NCBI GenBank assembly: GCA_035909535.1
Contig: JAMHZE010000028.1
Location: 1-45,345 of the forward strand
Source: Rickettsiales bacterium
Lineage (GTDB): Bacteria; Pseudomonadota; Alphaproteobacteria; Rickettsiales; UBA8987
Reading direction: 5' to 3'
Length of the DNA: 45,345 nt
Both the position numbers and the translations under genes were made by a program. The notes beneath the pieces are model-generated. The model was not told the DNA's origin and made no database searches. It saw nothing but the letters and a program-made list of their open reading frames with translations. Below are positions 1 to 10,433 of the stretch, in pieces (the first letter of the stretch is position 1; each line of letters opens with the position of its first letter).

Positions 1-363
1 TCATTGTTCGAGGCCACGCTTACAATGCCTGGCATTGCTGGTATGGTACTAACAATGGGTATGGCGGTAGATGCTAACGTTCTTATCTTTGAACGCATCA
101 AGGAAGAACTGCGCATCGGCAAGTCACCAATGGCGGCTATAGATGCAGGCTTCACCCGTGCATTCACCACCATTTTAGATGCCAACCTTACAACGGTAGT
201 AGTTGCATTCCTGCTGTTCATATATGGTTCTGGGCCGGTAAAAGGCTTTGCGGTTACACTTACAGTTGGTATACTAACATCTATGTTCTCAGCCATAACG
301 CTTACCAAGTTCATGATAATCCTGTGGCTGAAGAAAAATAAACCAAAGGTGCTGAAGCTGTAA
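1..363 (+). CDS. secD: Protein-export membrane protein SecD, C-terminal fragment (5' end lies outside the window)
   Basis: The frame is open to the window edge. The translation ...[16 protein letters not shown]...DANLTT...[10 protein letters not shown]...SMFSAI matches the conserved last transmembrane bundle of SecD, with SecD-type rather than SecF-type motifs. The stop overlaps the dapE start (TAATG, 361-365). Confidence 0.75.
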   Translation, partial: SLFEATLTMPGIAGMVLTMGMAVDANVLIFERIKEELRIGKSPMAAIDAGFTRAFTTILDANLTTVVVAFLLFIYGSGPVKGFAVTLTVGILTSMFSAITLTKFMIILWLKKNKPKVLKL

Positions 364-1508
364 TGCCGGGCGTTGTAGAATTCGCGTTAGAACTTATTTC
401 CAGAAAGAGTATTTCCGGTGAGCCGGATTCCGGTGCGATAGAGCTTGTAAGCAACACGCTTGCCGCTGCGGGGTTTGAATGTGCTATCCAGCATTTTGAA
501 GGCGATGGCTCTTATAATGTTGGCAATCTTTATGCGCAATATGGCCGAACGAGCCGCAACCTTTGCTTTGCAGGTCATACAGATGTCGTCCCTCCGGGTG
601 ATGAATCTTCATGGAAAGTTCCGCCATTCCAGCCCCAAATAGTAGATGGTATCCTTATCGGCCGCGGCGCGGTAGATATGAAAGGCTCCATAGCAGCGTG
701 GGTTTCTGCGGTAACAGAATTCCTTGAGGAAAATAAGAATTTTGCTGAAACACTTTCACTTCTTATTACAGGGGATGAAGAAGCAGATTCCGTCAACGGC
801 ACGGTTAAAATGCTTAAATTCATCAGCGATAAAGGTATAAAGCTGGATTCCTGCATAGTGGGAGAGCCAAGCAATACCGCTGTTCTGGGCGATATGATGA
901 AAATAGGCCGTCGCGGCAGTATCAGCTTTACGCTCACCGTTACAGGTATACAAGGCCACATCGCCTATCCGGAAAAGGTAAAGAATCCTAACAGCATAAT
1001 CATCAATATCCTGCACGAGTTAATTTCCAAAAGGCTCGATAAAGGCAATAAATATTTTGATGCCTCCAATCTCGAAGTCACCTCTATAGATGTCGGCAAC
1101 CCAACGGCAAACCTTGTGCCACAAAAGGCTACTGCGCGTTTTAATATACGCTTCAACAATCTTCATTCTACAAAATCACTGCGCAAACATGTAAGTGCGG
1201 TATGTAATAAATACTCCAACACTTACGATCTCGAAGTGCGCAAAGGCGAGTGCGAATCCTTCTTAAGTCGTGCCGGCCGTCTTGCCGATATAGTGGAAGA
1301 ATGCGCGCATCAAATTACAGGCCGTAAGCCTGTTCGCAGCACAACAGGGGGCACTTCAGATGCCCGCTTTATCAAAGATTACGCCGAGGTTGTAGAGTTC
1401 GGTCTGGTAAATACCACCGCCCATAAAATAGATGAACATGTTTCCACTGAAGATCTGGTGAACCTAAAGAACATCTACAAAAAGATAATTGAAAACTACT
1501 TTGCATAG
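363..1508 (+). CDS. dapE: Succinyl-diaminopimelate desuccinylase (M20 peptidase family)
   Basis: 381 aa. M20/DapE motifs are present: FAGHTDVVPPGD..W..PPF, GRGAVDMKG, ITGDEE, VGEPS and GGTSDARF. Confidence 0.9.
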   Translation: MPGVVEFALELISRKSISGEPDSGAIELVSNTLAAAGFECAIQHFEGDGSYNVGNLYAQYGRTSRNLCFAGHTDVVPPGDESSWKVPPFQPQIVDGILIGRGAVDMKGSIAAWVSAVTEFLEENKNFAETLSLLITGDEEADSVNGTVKMLKFISDKGIKLDSCIVGEPSNTAVLGDMMKIGRRGSISFTLTVTGIQGHIAYPEKVKNPNSIIINILHELISKRLDKGNKYFDASNLEVTSIDVGNPTANLVPQKATARFNIRFNNLHSTKSLRKHVSAVCNKYSNTYDLEVRKGECESFLSRAGRLADIVEECAHQITGRKPVRSTTGGTSDARFIKDYAEVVEFGLVNTTAHKIDEHVSTEDLVNLKNIYKKIIENYFA

Positions 1509-1517
1509 CGAGGTCTT

Positions 1518-2948
1518 ATGTCTGGCGTCTATCTCGGAAAAGGTGAAGCCCCTCAAAACATTCTGCTTAAATACGGCAACCGCCACGGCCTTATAGCCGG
1601 CGCAACCGGTACAGGTAAAACCGTCACGTTGCAAGATATCGCAGAAGGTTTTTCCAAAAGCGGTGTCCCTGTTTTCATCTCTGATATCAAGGGTGATCTC
1701 TCTGGCCTTGCCGCAGCAGGACAGGGAAAGGAAGTGTTTTTAAAACGTGCTGCCGAGATAGGCTTTGAATATAAGCCGGAAGCTTTTCCGGTAATTTTCT
1801 GGGATATCTTCGGCGCCAAAGGCCATCCTATACGCACCACAATTTCTGAAATGGGGCCAATGCTTCTCGCCCGCCTCATGGATCTCAACGACACTCAGGA
1901 AGGTGTTCTCAACATAGCTTTCGCTGTGGCAGATAAGCAGGGACTTCTGCTGCTGGATATGGATGATCTCCGCTCAATGCTCAAATATCTTTCTGAGAAC
2001 GCGAAAGAAATAGGAGCCGAATACGGCAATGTTGCACCTGCAACCGTAGCCGCAATCCAGCGCGAACTTCTGGTGTTAGAACAACAGGGCGCGCGTAAAC
2101 TTTTCGGTGAACCTGCCCTGCAACTGGCCGATCTTCTCCGCACCTCTCTGGATGGCCGCGGCAATATCAACATACTTTCTGCAGAAGCTTTGATGCAGAA
2201 ACCTGCGCTTTATTCCACCTTCATGCTCTGGCTGCTGGCAGAACTCTTCGAGAACATGCCGGAAGTAGGCGACATGGAAAAGCCCCGTCTGGTATTCTTC
2301 TTCGATGAAGCGCATCTGTTATTCTCAGAAGCGCCAAAAATTCTGGTAGAAAAAGTAGAACAGCTCGTAAAGCTTATTCGCTCCAAAGGCGTTGGCGTTT
2401 ACTTCATCACGCAAAACCCGCAGGATATCCCTAACGGTGTTCTTGCACAGCTTGGCAACCGCGTGCAGCATGCTTTACGCGCCTTCACCCCGCAGGAAAC
2501 AAAAGCGGTAAAGGCCGCCGCGCAATCTTTCCGCGAGAACCCTAATTTCAAAACAGAAGAAGTCATAACAAACCTAGCAGTAGGTGAAGCTCTGGTTTCC
2601 ACGCTTGATGAAAAAGGTATCCCAACAATAGTAGAGCGCACTCTTATCCGTCCGCCGCTTTCATTTGTTGGCCCTATTGATGATGCCACCCGTGCAACAG
2701 TAATACAAAAATCACCTGTTAACGGTCTGTACGAGCGCGAAATGAACCGCGAATCCGCACACGAGATGCTGCTCAAACGTGCCGAGCAGGCTCAGGCGCA
2801 GCAGCCTAAAGCACAGCCTAAAAAAGCCGCATCGGGCAGAAGAAGCGATACCGTAATACAGGCCACAACAAAATCGGTTGCGCGCTCGGTCGGCAACACT
2901 CTTGGTCGCGAGATAGTCAGGGGCATCTTAAAAAGTATATTGCGCTAG
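1518..2948 (+). CDS. HerA-like/DUF853 family P-loop NTPase (YjgR-like)
   Basis: 476 aa. It has Walker A GATGTGKT and Walker [13 protein letters not shown], followed by [15 protein letters not shown], which is typical of DUF853. The C-terminal tail is basic. Confidence 0.8.
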   Translation: MSGVYLGKGEAPQNILLKYGNRHGLIAGATGTGKTVTLQDIAEGFSKSGVPVFISDIKGDLSGLAAAGQGKEVFLKRAAEIGFEYKPEAFPVIFWDIFGAKGHPIRTTISEMGPMLLARLMDLNDTQEGVLNIAFAVADKQGLLLLDMDDLRSMLKYLSENAKEIGAEYGNVAPATVAAIQRELLVLEQQGARKLFGEPALQLADLLRTSLDGRGNINILSAEALMQKPALYSTFMLWLLAELFENMPEVGDMEKPRLVFFFDEAHLLFSEAPKILVEKVEQLVKLIRSKGVGVYFITQNPQDIPNGVLAQLGNRVQHALRAFTPQETKAVKAAAQSFRENPNFKTEEVITNLAVGEALVSTLDEKGIPTIVERTLIRPPLSFVGPIDDATRATVIQKSPVNGLYEREMNRESAHEMLLKRAEQAQAQQPKAQPKKAASGRRSDTVIQATTKSVARSVGNTLGREIVRGILKSILR

Positions 2949-2951
2949 TGT

Positions 2952-3527
2952 TTACTTGCCTAATTTATCGGCAAGGCTGTTAAGCGCTGTAACCGCGTCT
3001 TTCACGGCTTTCGCATTGCGCTCTTCTTTAAACTTTCCGTTATCATCAAACGCCGTATGGGCAGAAGTTATAACCAGCTCATTCGGCACTACATGCACGC
3101 CAATATTACCCAGCATCATCTTCAGCGGGGTCAGGCCGCGCAACCCGCCGCGCCAGCTTGGGCTTGCCGCACCAACTACAGCAGCCTTGCCGCTGAAGGC
3201 TATCATCTCGCCGCCTTTGCCGTCATCTTTTCTGGTTATCCAGTGCAGCGCATTCAGTAGTACAGGCGAAAGCGAGCTGTTATATTCCGGGTTAGCCAAA
3301 AAGAAACCATCAGCCGCTGCAAATTCCTGTTTCAGTTTTTTTGCCGCATCAGGAATACCGTTCGCTGCTTCAAGGTCACCGTTATATAGCGGCATATCGT
3401 AATCTTTCAGGTCAATGAACTTTGCAACAGCGCCTATTTCTTTTGCGGCTTCACAGGCCAGCTTTGCCAGTTTAGTGTTCAGGGAATCCTTTCTGGTAGA
3501 ACCGCTGATGAATATAAGTTTGGCCAT
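2952..3527 (-). CDS. NAD(P)H-dependent FMN reductase family oxidoreductase
   Basis: 191 aa. The flavodoxin-like N-terminus is KLIFISGSTRKDSLN, and the ANPEYNSSLSPVLLNALHW motif fits the FMN_red family. Confidence 0.8.
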   Translation of the reverse strand: MAKLIFISGSTRKDSLNTKLAKLACEAAKEIGAVAKFIDLKDYDMPLYNGDLEAANGIPDAAKKLKQEFAAADGFFLANPEYNSSLSPVLLNALHWITRKDDGKGGEMIAFSGKAAVVGAASPSWRGGLRGLTPLKMMLGNIGVHVVPNELVITSAHTAFDDNGKFKEERNAKAVKDAVTALNSLADKLGK

Positions 3528-3620
3528 TTTTTAACTCCGGTATTATTTGATAACAAATCTTTTGCCCCAATCACATATTTGATATAGAAGTAAAAACAAT
3601 AGATTACAAGTAGGTACAAA

Positions 3621-4997
3621 ATGGCGAATAAAAATTCATCTTCCAAAGGTGGCTCTTCTAACAAAATGTGGGGCGGCCATTTCGATTACGGCCCGTCTGA
3701 GATCATGCAGAAGATAAACGCTTCCATAAGCTTCGACCAGAAGCTTTACAAGCAGGATATCCGCGCCTCTATAGCCCATGCGCGCATGCTTGGTAAAACC
3801 GCTATCCTCAAAAAAGCCGAGTCTGAAAAGATAATCTCTGGCCTGCAGAAGATAGAGAAAGAGATAGATTCCGGTAAATTCACATTCAGCGAAGCTCTGG
3901 AAGATATCCACATGAACGTCGAATCCCGCCTGCGTGAACTCATCGGTGACACAGCCGGCAAGCTGCACACAGCCCGTTCCCGTAATGATCAGGTCGCAAC
4001 AGATTTCAAACTTTACTGCCGCGATTCCATCGACCTGCTGGTGAAAGAGCTCGAGCAGCTAAAAAAAGCTTTCACTGCAAAAGCTGCTGCTAATAAAAAC
4101 ACCATCATGCCGGGCTTCACGCATTTACAGGTGGCGCAGCCTATCACTTTTGCTCACCACATGAAGGCCTATGTGGAAATGATATCGCGTGATATCTCCC
4201 GCCTAAAAGATTGCCGTACCCGCCTTAATGAACTTCCACTTGGCTCTGCCGCGCTTGCAGGCACATCATTCCCGATAGACCGCAAAATGGTAGCGAAGGA
4301 ACTCGGCTTCCGCGCTCCAACCAAAAACTCGCTCGATTCCGTGTCAGACCGTGATTTCGCGCTCGAGCTTCTCTCTGGTCTAAACATACTTTCCATCCAT
4401 CTCTCGCGCTTCGCGGAAGAGGTGGTGATATGGTGCTCGCAGCCATTCAGCTTCGTAAAGCTGTCCGATAAATTCACCACCGGCTCGTCCATCATGCCGC
4501 AAAAACGCAACCCGGATGCCGCTGAACTCGTCCGCGCAAAAACCGGCACGATACTTGGCAGCCTCACCAATCTTTCGGTGGTAATGAAAGGCCTGCCGCT
4601 TGCCTACAGCAAAGATATGCAGGAAGATAAGCAGCCTGTTTTCGCCGCGATAGAGAACATCATTCTCTGCATCCGCGCCGCTACAGGCATGGTGAACGAT
4701 ATGAAGGTTAATAAAGATAACATGCATAACCTTGCACAAAGCGGCTACTCCACCGCAACCGATATCGCAGACTGGCTGGTAAAAAATCTCGGCACACCGT
4801 TCCGTGATGCTCACCACATAACAGGCCGCATCGTAAAACTGGCAGAAGCCAAAAACTGCCGCCTCGACCAGCTTTCGCTGAAAGATATCCAGTCGGTAGA
4901 AAAGCGTATCACTAAAGATATCTTCAACGTGCTTTCGGTAGAAAACTCGGTAAAAAGCCGCAAGTCACTCGGCGGCACCAGCCCTGAGGCTAAATAA
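3621..4997 (+). CDS. argH: Argininosuccinate lyase
   Basis: 458 aa. It has [18 protein letters not shown], the fumarate-lyase signature [12 protein letters not shown] and [11 protein letters not shown]. The true start could be the internal ATG at 3666 (MWGGHF...). Confidence 0.95.
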   Translation: MANKNSSSKGGSSNKMWGGHFDYGPSEIMQKINASISFDQKLYKQDIRASIAHARMLGKTAILKKAESEKIISGLQKIEKEIDSGKFTFSEALEDIHMNVESRLRELIGDTAGKLHTARSRNDQVATDFKLYCRDSIDLLVKELEQLKKAFTAKAAANKNTIMPGFTHLQVAQPITFAHHMKAYVEMISRDISRLKDCRTRLNELPLGSAALAGTSFPIDRKMVAKELGFRAPTKNSLDSVSDRDFALELLSGLNILSIHLSRFAEEVVIWCSQPFSFVKLSDKFTTGSSIMPQKRNPDAAELVRAKTGTILGSLTNLSVVMKGLPLAYSKDMQEDKQPVFAAIENIILCIRAATGMVNDMKVNKDNMHNLAQSGYSTATDIADWLVKNLGTPFRDAHHITGRIVKLAEAKNCRLDQLSLKDIQSVEKRITKDIFNVLSVENSVKSRKSLGGTSPEAK

Positions 4998-5037
4998 AGC
5001 TATATATCAATAGTTTAAACCCCTAAAATTTTCTTCA

Positions 5038-5062
5038 AATTGTTAACATTTTCTTAACAATT
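5038..5062. promoter_or_regulatory. Perfect 9-bp inverted repeat AATTGTTAA-N7-TTAACAATT, a candidate operator
   Basis: Read directly: 5038-5046 AATTGTTAA, 7-nt spacer cattttc, 5054-5062 TTAACAATT. It ends 3 nt upstream of the extended -10 element. Confidence 0.4.
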
Positions 5063-5065
5063 CTG

Positions 5066-5074
5066 TGATATAAT
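5066..5074 (+). promoter_or_regulatory. Extended -10 promoter element TGaTATAAT
   Basis: TG is at 5066-5067 and TATAAT at 5069-5074. The A of the ATG at 5081 lies exactly 7 nt after the hexamer, which is the expected +1 position. No usable Shine-Dalgarno spacing exists. Confidence 0.45.
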
Positions 5075-5080
5075 AAGGGC

Positions 5081-5629
5081 ATGGTAAATTTTAGAGAACC
5101 AGACGAGAAAGCTATACAAGATGCACTGGAGAAAATGGTGCGTGATGTCGGCGTGCCGCAGGAAGAAGCTTTCCGTGCAAAAATAAGTTCTGCTGTTACG
5201 CTGGAAGGTCTAGATCAGGAAGCTTTGAATAATGTCAGCAAAGACCGCGAGCAGCGCGCCAAAGCGCTAGATGAAAAGCTCCCGCAAGATACAGACCCTG
5301 ACAAAAAACCATCTCCCGGTGAAATACTCCAGCAGGAACTTGAACGTAAAGCAAAGTCACTCGGCGTAGATGTTACTTATCTTGAAAGAACAGCGAAAGA
5401 GCAGGGTGTTGATACTCTTGCAGTTAACAGCGAACATGTTAATCAGCAGAAAGAAAAAGATTCTGAAGAGATACGCAAAGCAACCGCAGCAGCAATGAGC
5501 CTGGTAGTGGGCACTGGCGCAGCTATTGCCTTCGCTGGCAACCAGCCTCATTCTTCTCTTGGTGCACTTGCTTCACCAAATCCACAAAATGCCCAGCAAC
5601 ACGGGTCAAATGAACCTCAGCTAGGCTAA
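5081..5629 (+). CDS. Hypothetical protein: acidic/charged, probably helical, with one short hydrophobic segment near the C-terminus
   Basis: 182-aa ORF with plausible composition and no stronger competing ORF. I recognise no family. Confidence 0.5.
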   Translation: MVNFREPDEKAIQDALEKMVRDVGVPQEEAFRAKISSAVTLEGLDQEALNNVSKDREQRAKALDEKLPQDTDPDKKPSPGEILQQELERKAKSLGVDVTYLERTAKEQGVDTLAVNSEHVNQQKEKDSEEIRKATAAAMSLVVGTGAAIAFAGNQPHSSLGALASPNPQNAQQHGSNEPQLG

Positions 5630-5637
5630 CCAAACCA

Positions 5638-6333
5638 ATGACAGAAAAACCACAGATTCCTGTCGATGACTACTATGACCGTGTCATAAATTTTTCAGAG
5701 AAGATAGACTGCAAGCAGCACCCGGATCCTCTTATCCAAGCCATCACTTTAGATATAGCAAAGCATGCAGGCCCTTATGGGGTAAGTAATATATACAGTT
5801 GTAATCTTGAAGGCCGTTACGAAGGCTTCAGAGATATGCTAAGTAAAAATATATACATAGATAACAAGCACGATAGTAACCCGCGGGAATATGCCCGCAT
5901 ACTCGGTCATGAGGTCGCTCACTCACATGATTCTCCTCTTATCGGCCGCAAGCTGTATAGCAATGAATATGCAGGTTTGCTGCAAGTTGTTTTGGGTGCG
6001 GCTGTAACGCCACTTAATTCAGCATATGGTATAGGTTGTATGACAGGCGGTTTCTTATTGAAGGCCACTTCATCTTTATATACAAGGTTTGTTGAGCATC
6101 GCGCAGATTATCTTGCTAATAAATGGACAGGCTATAAACAGCAAAAGCCGGAAGAGGCAAGCGCGCTAGCATACAGAATAACATCAATATTACACGGGTC
6201 GCCAACCATAAACGACAGATACCATATCTCAAAACTTTTCCCTAAATCGCAGGAAACTTCGTATGTGGAAAGAATAAAGAGAGAGCTGGTGCAAAACCCA
6301 GAACTGCAATCTGCGGCAGAACTTACCCGCTAA
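5638..6333 (+). CDS. Putative minimal M48/HtpX-like zinc metallopeptidase (HExxH)
   Basis: 231 aa. It has [10 protein letters not shown] (HExxH), then a hydrophobic stretch [28 protein letters not shown], then [10 protein letters not shown] (RxxExxAD). That order matches the M48 catalytic core. It lacks the usual N-terminal TM segments. It starts 8 nt after the preceding stop and has no SD. Confidence 0.55.
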   Translation: MTEKPQIPVDDYYDRVINFSEKIDCKQHPDPLIQAITLDIAKHAGPYGVSNIYSCNLEGRYEGFRDMLSKNIYIDNKHDSNPREYARILGHEVAHSHDSPLIGRKLYSNEYAGLLQVVLGAAVTPLNSAYGIGCMTGGFLLKATSSLYTRFVEHRADYLANKWTGYKQQKPEEASALAYRITSILHGSPTINDRYHISKLFPKSQETSYVERIKRELVQNPELQSAAELTR

Positions 6334-7400
6334 CCTATCTGGCCTCTGTGCCTCAGCATCTGGTCGGCAAGCACTATAGCCATCATCGCCTCACCAATAG
6401 GCACAGCACGGATACCAACACAAGGATCATGCCTGCCTTTGGTAATTATCTCGGCATTCTTGCCTTTAGAGTCTATGGTTTTCATCGGCGTTAAAATAGA
6501 ACTCGTCGGCTTCACCGCAAAGCGTACAACAATATCCTGCCCGCTGGAAATGCCGCCAAGAATACCGCCCGCGTTATTGCTGAGGAATTTTGCGTTCTTC
6601 CCGTTCATGCGAATTTCATCGCCATTATCCTCGCCGCGCAGTTTCGCCGCTTCAAAACCCGCGCCTATCTCTACCGCTTTAACAGCGTTTATGCTCATCA
6701 TCGCCGCTGCCAGTTCTGCATCTAGCTTGCCGTATATCGGCTCGCCCCAGCCCGCAGGCACGCCTTTTGCAACTATCTCTATCTCCGCCCCAACAGATGA
6801 ACCCTGTTTACGTATCTTCATCAGATAATCCTCAAACTTCTTCACCGCTTTTTTATCAGGCGTGAAGAACGGATTCTTTCTCGTCTCTTTCCAGTCGATA
6901 TTCTTCCTGTCTATCTCTATCTCGCCAATGCGCGTCACGCCGCCATATATCTTCACCTTATTGCCAAGAATCTTGCGCGCCACTGCGCCCGCCGCTACGC
7001 GCATCGCCGTCTCTCTCGCGCTGCTTCTGCCGCCGCCACGAGGGTCACGTATGCCGTATTTCTCCATATATGTATAATCTGCATGGCCGGGGCGGAGCTT
7101 CTGCGCTATATCGCCGTAATCCTTACTGCGCTGATCAGTATTCCATATCATCATGCTTATCGGAGTGCCGGTGGTCTTGCCCTCATAAACGCCGGAAAGT
7201 ATCTCTACCATATCGGCTTCCTGTCTTTGCGTGGTGAACTTGCTCTGCCCCGGCCTGCGCTCATCTAAAAACGGCTGAATGTCCTTCTCGCTCAAGCCGA
7301 TAAGAGGCGGAACTCCATCAACCACGCAGCCGATTGCCTTGCCGTGGCTTTCGCCCCATGTGGTAAATCTGAACATTTTCCCGAATGTGTTATGGCTCAT
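6330..7400 (-). CDS. aroC: Chorismate synthase
   Basis: 356 aa. It has [20 protein letters not shown] and GRHDPCVG signatures. The start overlaps the fadD-like stop (ATGA). Confidence 0.95.
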   Translation of the reverse strand: MSHNTFGKMFRFTTWGESHGKAIGCVVDGVPPLIGLSEKDIQPFLDERRPGQSKFTTQRQEADMVEILSGVYEGKTTGTPISMMIWNTDQRSKDYGDIAQKLRPGHADYTYMEKYGIRDPRGGGRSSARETAMRVAAGAVARKILGNKVKIYGGVTRIGEIEIDRKNIDWKETRKNPFFTPDKKAVKKFEDYLMKIRKQGSSVGAEIEIVAKGVPAGWGEPIYGKLDAELAAAMMSINAVKAVEIGAGFEAAKLRGEDNGDEIRMNGKNAKFLSNNAGGILGGISSGQDIVVRFAVKPTSSILTPMKTIDSKGKNAEIITKGRHDPCVGIRAVPIGEAMMAIVLADQMLRHRGQIG

Positions 7401-9070
7401 TTTTTCAGTTCCTTCTTTAATATTTTCCCGATAGGAGATTTCGGCAGGCTGTCGCGTATCTCAATTTCCTTAGGCACTTCATGCTTCGCCAGATGTTTCT
7501 TGCAGTAATCCATCATCTCTTCCTTGCTGCTGCTGCTTCCCGGCTTAAACACAACAAATGCTTTTGCCCTCTGGCCGGAATGTGCATCATCTATTCCAAG
7601 TACCGCCGCTTCAAGCACGGCAGGGTGTTTGTACAGCACTTCCTCAACATGGCGCGGATATATTTTAAACCCGCCCGCAATTATCATTTCCTTCAAACGG
7701 TCCACAATAAATATGTAGCCGTCCTCATCAACCATTGCCACGTCACCGGTCTTTAACACGCCGTTCTTCAGGCATTCAGCGGTCTCAGCAGGACGCTTGT
7801 AATAACCTTTCATCACCTGTGGGCCTTTAATGCACAGCTCGCCGCGCTCACCCACACCTAAATATTTCCCCGGATTTTCCATATCCTCTATCAGTATCTC
7901 TGTCGCAGGCAGCGGCATGCCAATAGAACCCGCCTTGTTCACGCCACGCACGGGGTTGGCCGTCACCACAGGGGAAGTCTCTGTCAGCCCGTAACCTTCA
8001 ATAACCACGCAGCCGGTAATTTCTTCAAACTTCTTCTTCACCTCAACAGGTAAAGGTCCACCGCCGGATATACATGCCTGCAAACTTCCTAGATCATAGT
8101 TGCAAATATCTTTATGATTATTCAGCGCGTTATACATTGTCGGCACACCCGGCATATGGGTAGCCTTTTTCTTCTCAATATCTTTCAGCACTTTCAGCGC
8201 ATCAAAGCGTGGATGCAGCACAAGCTTAGCCGCAGCGGCAATGCCGTAAAGCATGCATGTCGTCATAGCAAAAACGTGGAACAGTGGCAGCACGGTAAGT
8301 ATAATCGCTTCACCTTCAGGGCAGGTATTCACATACATTCTGCTCTGTATCGTGTTGGTGTAAACATTCGCATGGGTCAGCTCCGCACCTTTAGGCAGGC
8401 CGGTAGTACCACCTGTATATTGTATTATTGCGGTGTCGTTCGGGTTTATATCCACATATATACGCAGTGAAGATTTCCTGCCCGTTTCCATGAAATCATG
8501 CCAGGTAATAACGCTTAAATTTTCTGCAACCTTTGCGATCTCTTTGCGTTTCACCAGAGGGAATAGCTTATTCTTCGGGAATGGCAGAACCTCAGGCAGG
8601 TTGGCAACAATAAGCTTTCTTAACTTACCGCTGGTGCGGAAAGATTTATCCAGAACAGCACGCGCTTTCGGGTAGAGCAGTTTCAGGTCAAGCGTAACAA
8701 CTATCTCTGCGTCAGAATCGGTGGTCAGTGCCTCGATCTCAGATTCCGAATATAGCGGGCTGCAATTTACAACTATGCCGCCTGCTTTAAGTATCGCAAA
8801 ATAGCTAATGATGAACTGCGGGCAGTTCGGCAAAAATATGGCAACTTTTGTGCCGTGTTTAACGCCATGTTCAGCAAAAGCACGGGATGCAAACTCAACC
8901 TCCTGCACCAGCGCGGCATAGGTCATTTTTTTGCCTTCAAACTCAATGGCATCATGGTCAGGGAACTTCTCAGCCGTATCGTAAAGCAGTGCAAATAGCG
9001 GTTTTGGCTCTATTCTGGCGTTCCAGTCTATGCCTTCAGGGTAATTCTTCAGCCAGGGTGTGCCTAACAT
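7397..9070 (-). CDS. fadD: Long-chain-fatty-acid--CoA ligase / AMP-dependent synthetase
   Basis: 557 aa. The AMP-binding signature is [14 protein letters not shown], with GYGLTE, TGD....DEDGY and [13 protein letters not shown] also present. Confidence 0.85.
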   Translation of the reverse strand: MLGTPWLKNYPEGIDWNARIEPKPLFALLYDTAEKFPDHDAIEFEGKKMTYAALVQEVEFASRAFAEHGVKHGTKVAIFLPNCPQFIISYFAILKAGGIVVNCSPLYSESEIEALTTDSDAEIVVTLDLKLLYPKARAVLDKSFRTSGKLRKLIVANLPEVLPFPKNKLFPLVKRKEIAKVAENLSVITWHDFMETGRKSSLRIYVDINPNDTAIIQYTGGTTGLPKGAELTHANVYTNTIQSRMYVNTCPEGEAIILTVLPLFHVFAMTTCMLYGIAAAAKLVLHPRFDALKVLKDIEKKKATHMPGVPTMYNALNNHKDICNYDLGSLQACISGGGPLPVEVKKKFEEITGCVVIEGYGLTETSPVVTANPVRGVNKAGSIGMPLPATEILIEDMENPGKYLGVGERGELCIKGPQVMKGYYKRPAETAECLKNGVLKTGDVAMVDEDGYIFIVDRLKEMIIAGGFKIYPRHVEEVLYKHPAVLEAAVLGIDDAHSGQRAKAFVVFKPGSSSSKEEMMDYCKKHLAKHEVPKEIEIRDSLPKSPIGKILKKELKK

Positions 9071-9144
9071 AGCAATAAATTGTTTAAAAATTAGGAATTT
9101 ATACTATTACTATCTGTAAATTATTTAAAAACTCAACCTTTGTT

Positions 9145-9876
9145 ATGAGCCGTAAGGTCAAATTAGGCGTAAATATAGACCATGTTGCCACCCTGCGTAA
9201 TGCACGCGGCGGTACGCATCCTTCTGTGCTCAATGCCGCCCTGCTGGCAGAAGCCTCCGGCGCAGATGGCATAACCGTTCACCTGCGGGAAGATAGGCGC
9301 CACATCCGCGATGCAGATGTGTTCGCAATAAAGGAAAAGGTAAAACTGCCGCTTAATTTCGAGATGGCCGCAACAGATGAAATGCTGGCAATAGCCCTGA
9401 AGGTAAAACCTAATTCATGCTGCATAGTGCCGGAGCGCCGCGAGGAACTCACCACGGAAGGCGGTCTTGATATGTCTAAGGCGCTCAAGCAGGTATCGGC
9501 AATTTCCGCGCATCTTAAAAAAGCCGGAATACTCACCTCGCTGTTCATAGATGCTGATGAGCGCATGGTGAATCTCTCTGCAGAAGCAGGTGCAGATATA
9601 GTAGAATTTCATACAGGTAAATACTGCCATGAAGCAGGTGCATCACGCACGGCCGAACTCAAAAAAATATCAGCCGCCTCAGCAGCGGCAGAAAAGCATG
9701 GCATAATCTGCCACGCAGGCCATGGCCTAACCTATGAAACCGTTCCGGCAATAGTCGCAATCCCCCAGATAGTGGAACTCAATATCGGTCATTTCATGAT
9801 GGGCGAGGCGCTGTTCGAAGGTCTTCCATCGGTAATAGGTAAAATGAAACAGGCTATAGCAAAAGGTATATTATGA
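9145..9876 (+). CDS. pdxJ: Pyridoxine 5'-phosphate synthase
   Basis: 243 aa. It has LGVNIDHVATLRNARG, ITVHLREDRRHI, VEFHTG and GHGL motifs. Confidence 0.95.
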   Translation: MSRKVKLGVNIDHVATLRNARGGTHPSVLNAALLAEASGADGITVHLREDRRHIRDADVFAIKEKVKLPLNFEMAATDEMLAIALKVKPNSCCIVPERREELTTEGGLDMSKALKQVSAISAHLKKAGILTSLFIDADERMVNLSAEAGADIVEFHTGKYCHEAGASRTAELKKISAASAAAEKHGIICHAGHGLTYETVPAIVAIPQIVELNIGHFMMGEALFEGLPSVIGKMKQAIAKGIL

Positions 9877-10241
9877 TAACCGGAATCGGCACAGATATAA
9901 TCACGCTCGAGCGTATTGAATACGCGCTTCAGGCATTCGGCAGCAAATTCGTCAACCGTATTCTCACGGAAAAAGAGCGCAATTATTATATCGAGATGAA
10001 CAACCCCGATAACAAGGTCGCCTTTCTTGCAAAACGCTTCGCCGCTAAAGAGGCCGTTTCAAAAGCTCTAGGCACAGGTATCGGTGAAGAACTCTCTTTC
10101 CACGACATAGAAATCTCTAATAACGATCAAGGCAAGCCATTGGTTTCAGTGGCTAAATTCCCTGGCCTTACCATCCACCTCTCCCTTTCCGATGAAAAAG
10201 AAGGTTTAGCTGTTGCATTCGCAGTGGCAGAAAAGGCCTAG
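9873..10241 (+). CDS. acpS: Holo-[acyl-carrier-protein] synthase
   Basis: 122 aa. It has GIGTDI, FAAKEAVSKALGTG and LSLSDE. An ATGA overlap with pdxJ preserves the conserved pdxJ-acpS pairing. Confidence 0.9.
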   Translation: MITGIGTDIITLERIEYALQAFGSKFVNRILTEKERNYYIEMNNPDNKVAFLAKRFAAKEAVSKALGTGIGEELSFHDIEISNNDQGKPLVSVAKFPGLTIHLSLSDEKEGLAVAFAVAEKA

Positions 10242-10250
10242 CAGGAAAAA

Positions 10251-10433
10251 CTAAAAGTCTGAAACTCGGCCTTTAAGGCTCCAGTCGCCGTGTTCGGTAG
10301 TGCCTTCTTTCGGGCCGCCTACTTCTTCAATGCCTTCTAATATCTTCTTCAGCTCGGCATCGTTTTTCGGGTGAGGGGAGTTCTTATTCTCCTCGGCAAG
10401 TTTTTTAACTTTGTTGTCTATTGCATTGTTCAT
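10251..10433 (-). CDS. DUF1674 (SDHAF4-like) small protein
   Basis: 60 aa. The C-terminus GGPKEGTTEHGDWSLKGRVSDF resembles the DUF1674 signature (GGP.g.EPTRyGDWe.kGr..DF). Its start overlaps the rpe stop (TGATG). Confidence 0.7.
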   Translation of the reverse strand: MNNAIDNKVKKLAEENKNSPHPKNDAELKKILEGIEEVGGPKEGTTEHGDWSLKGRVSDF

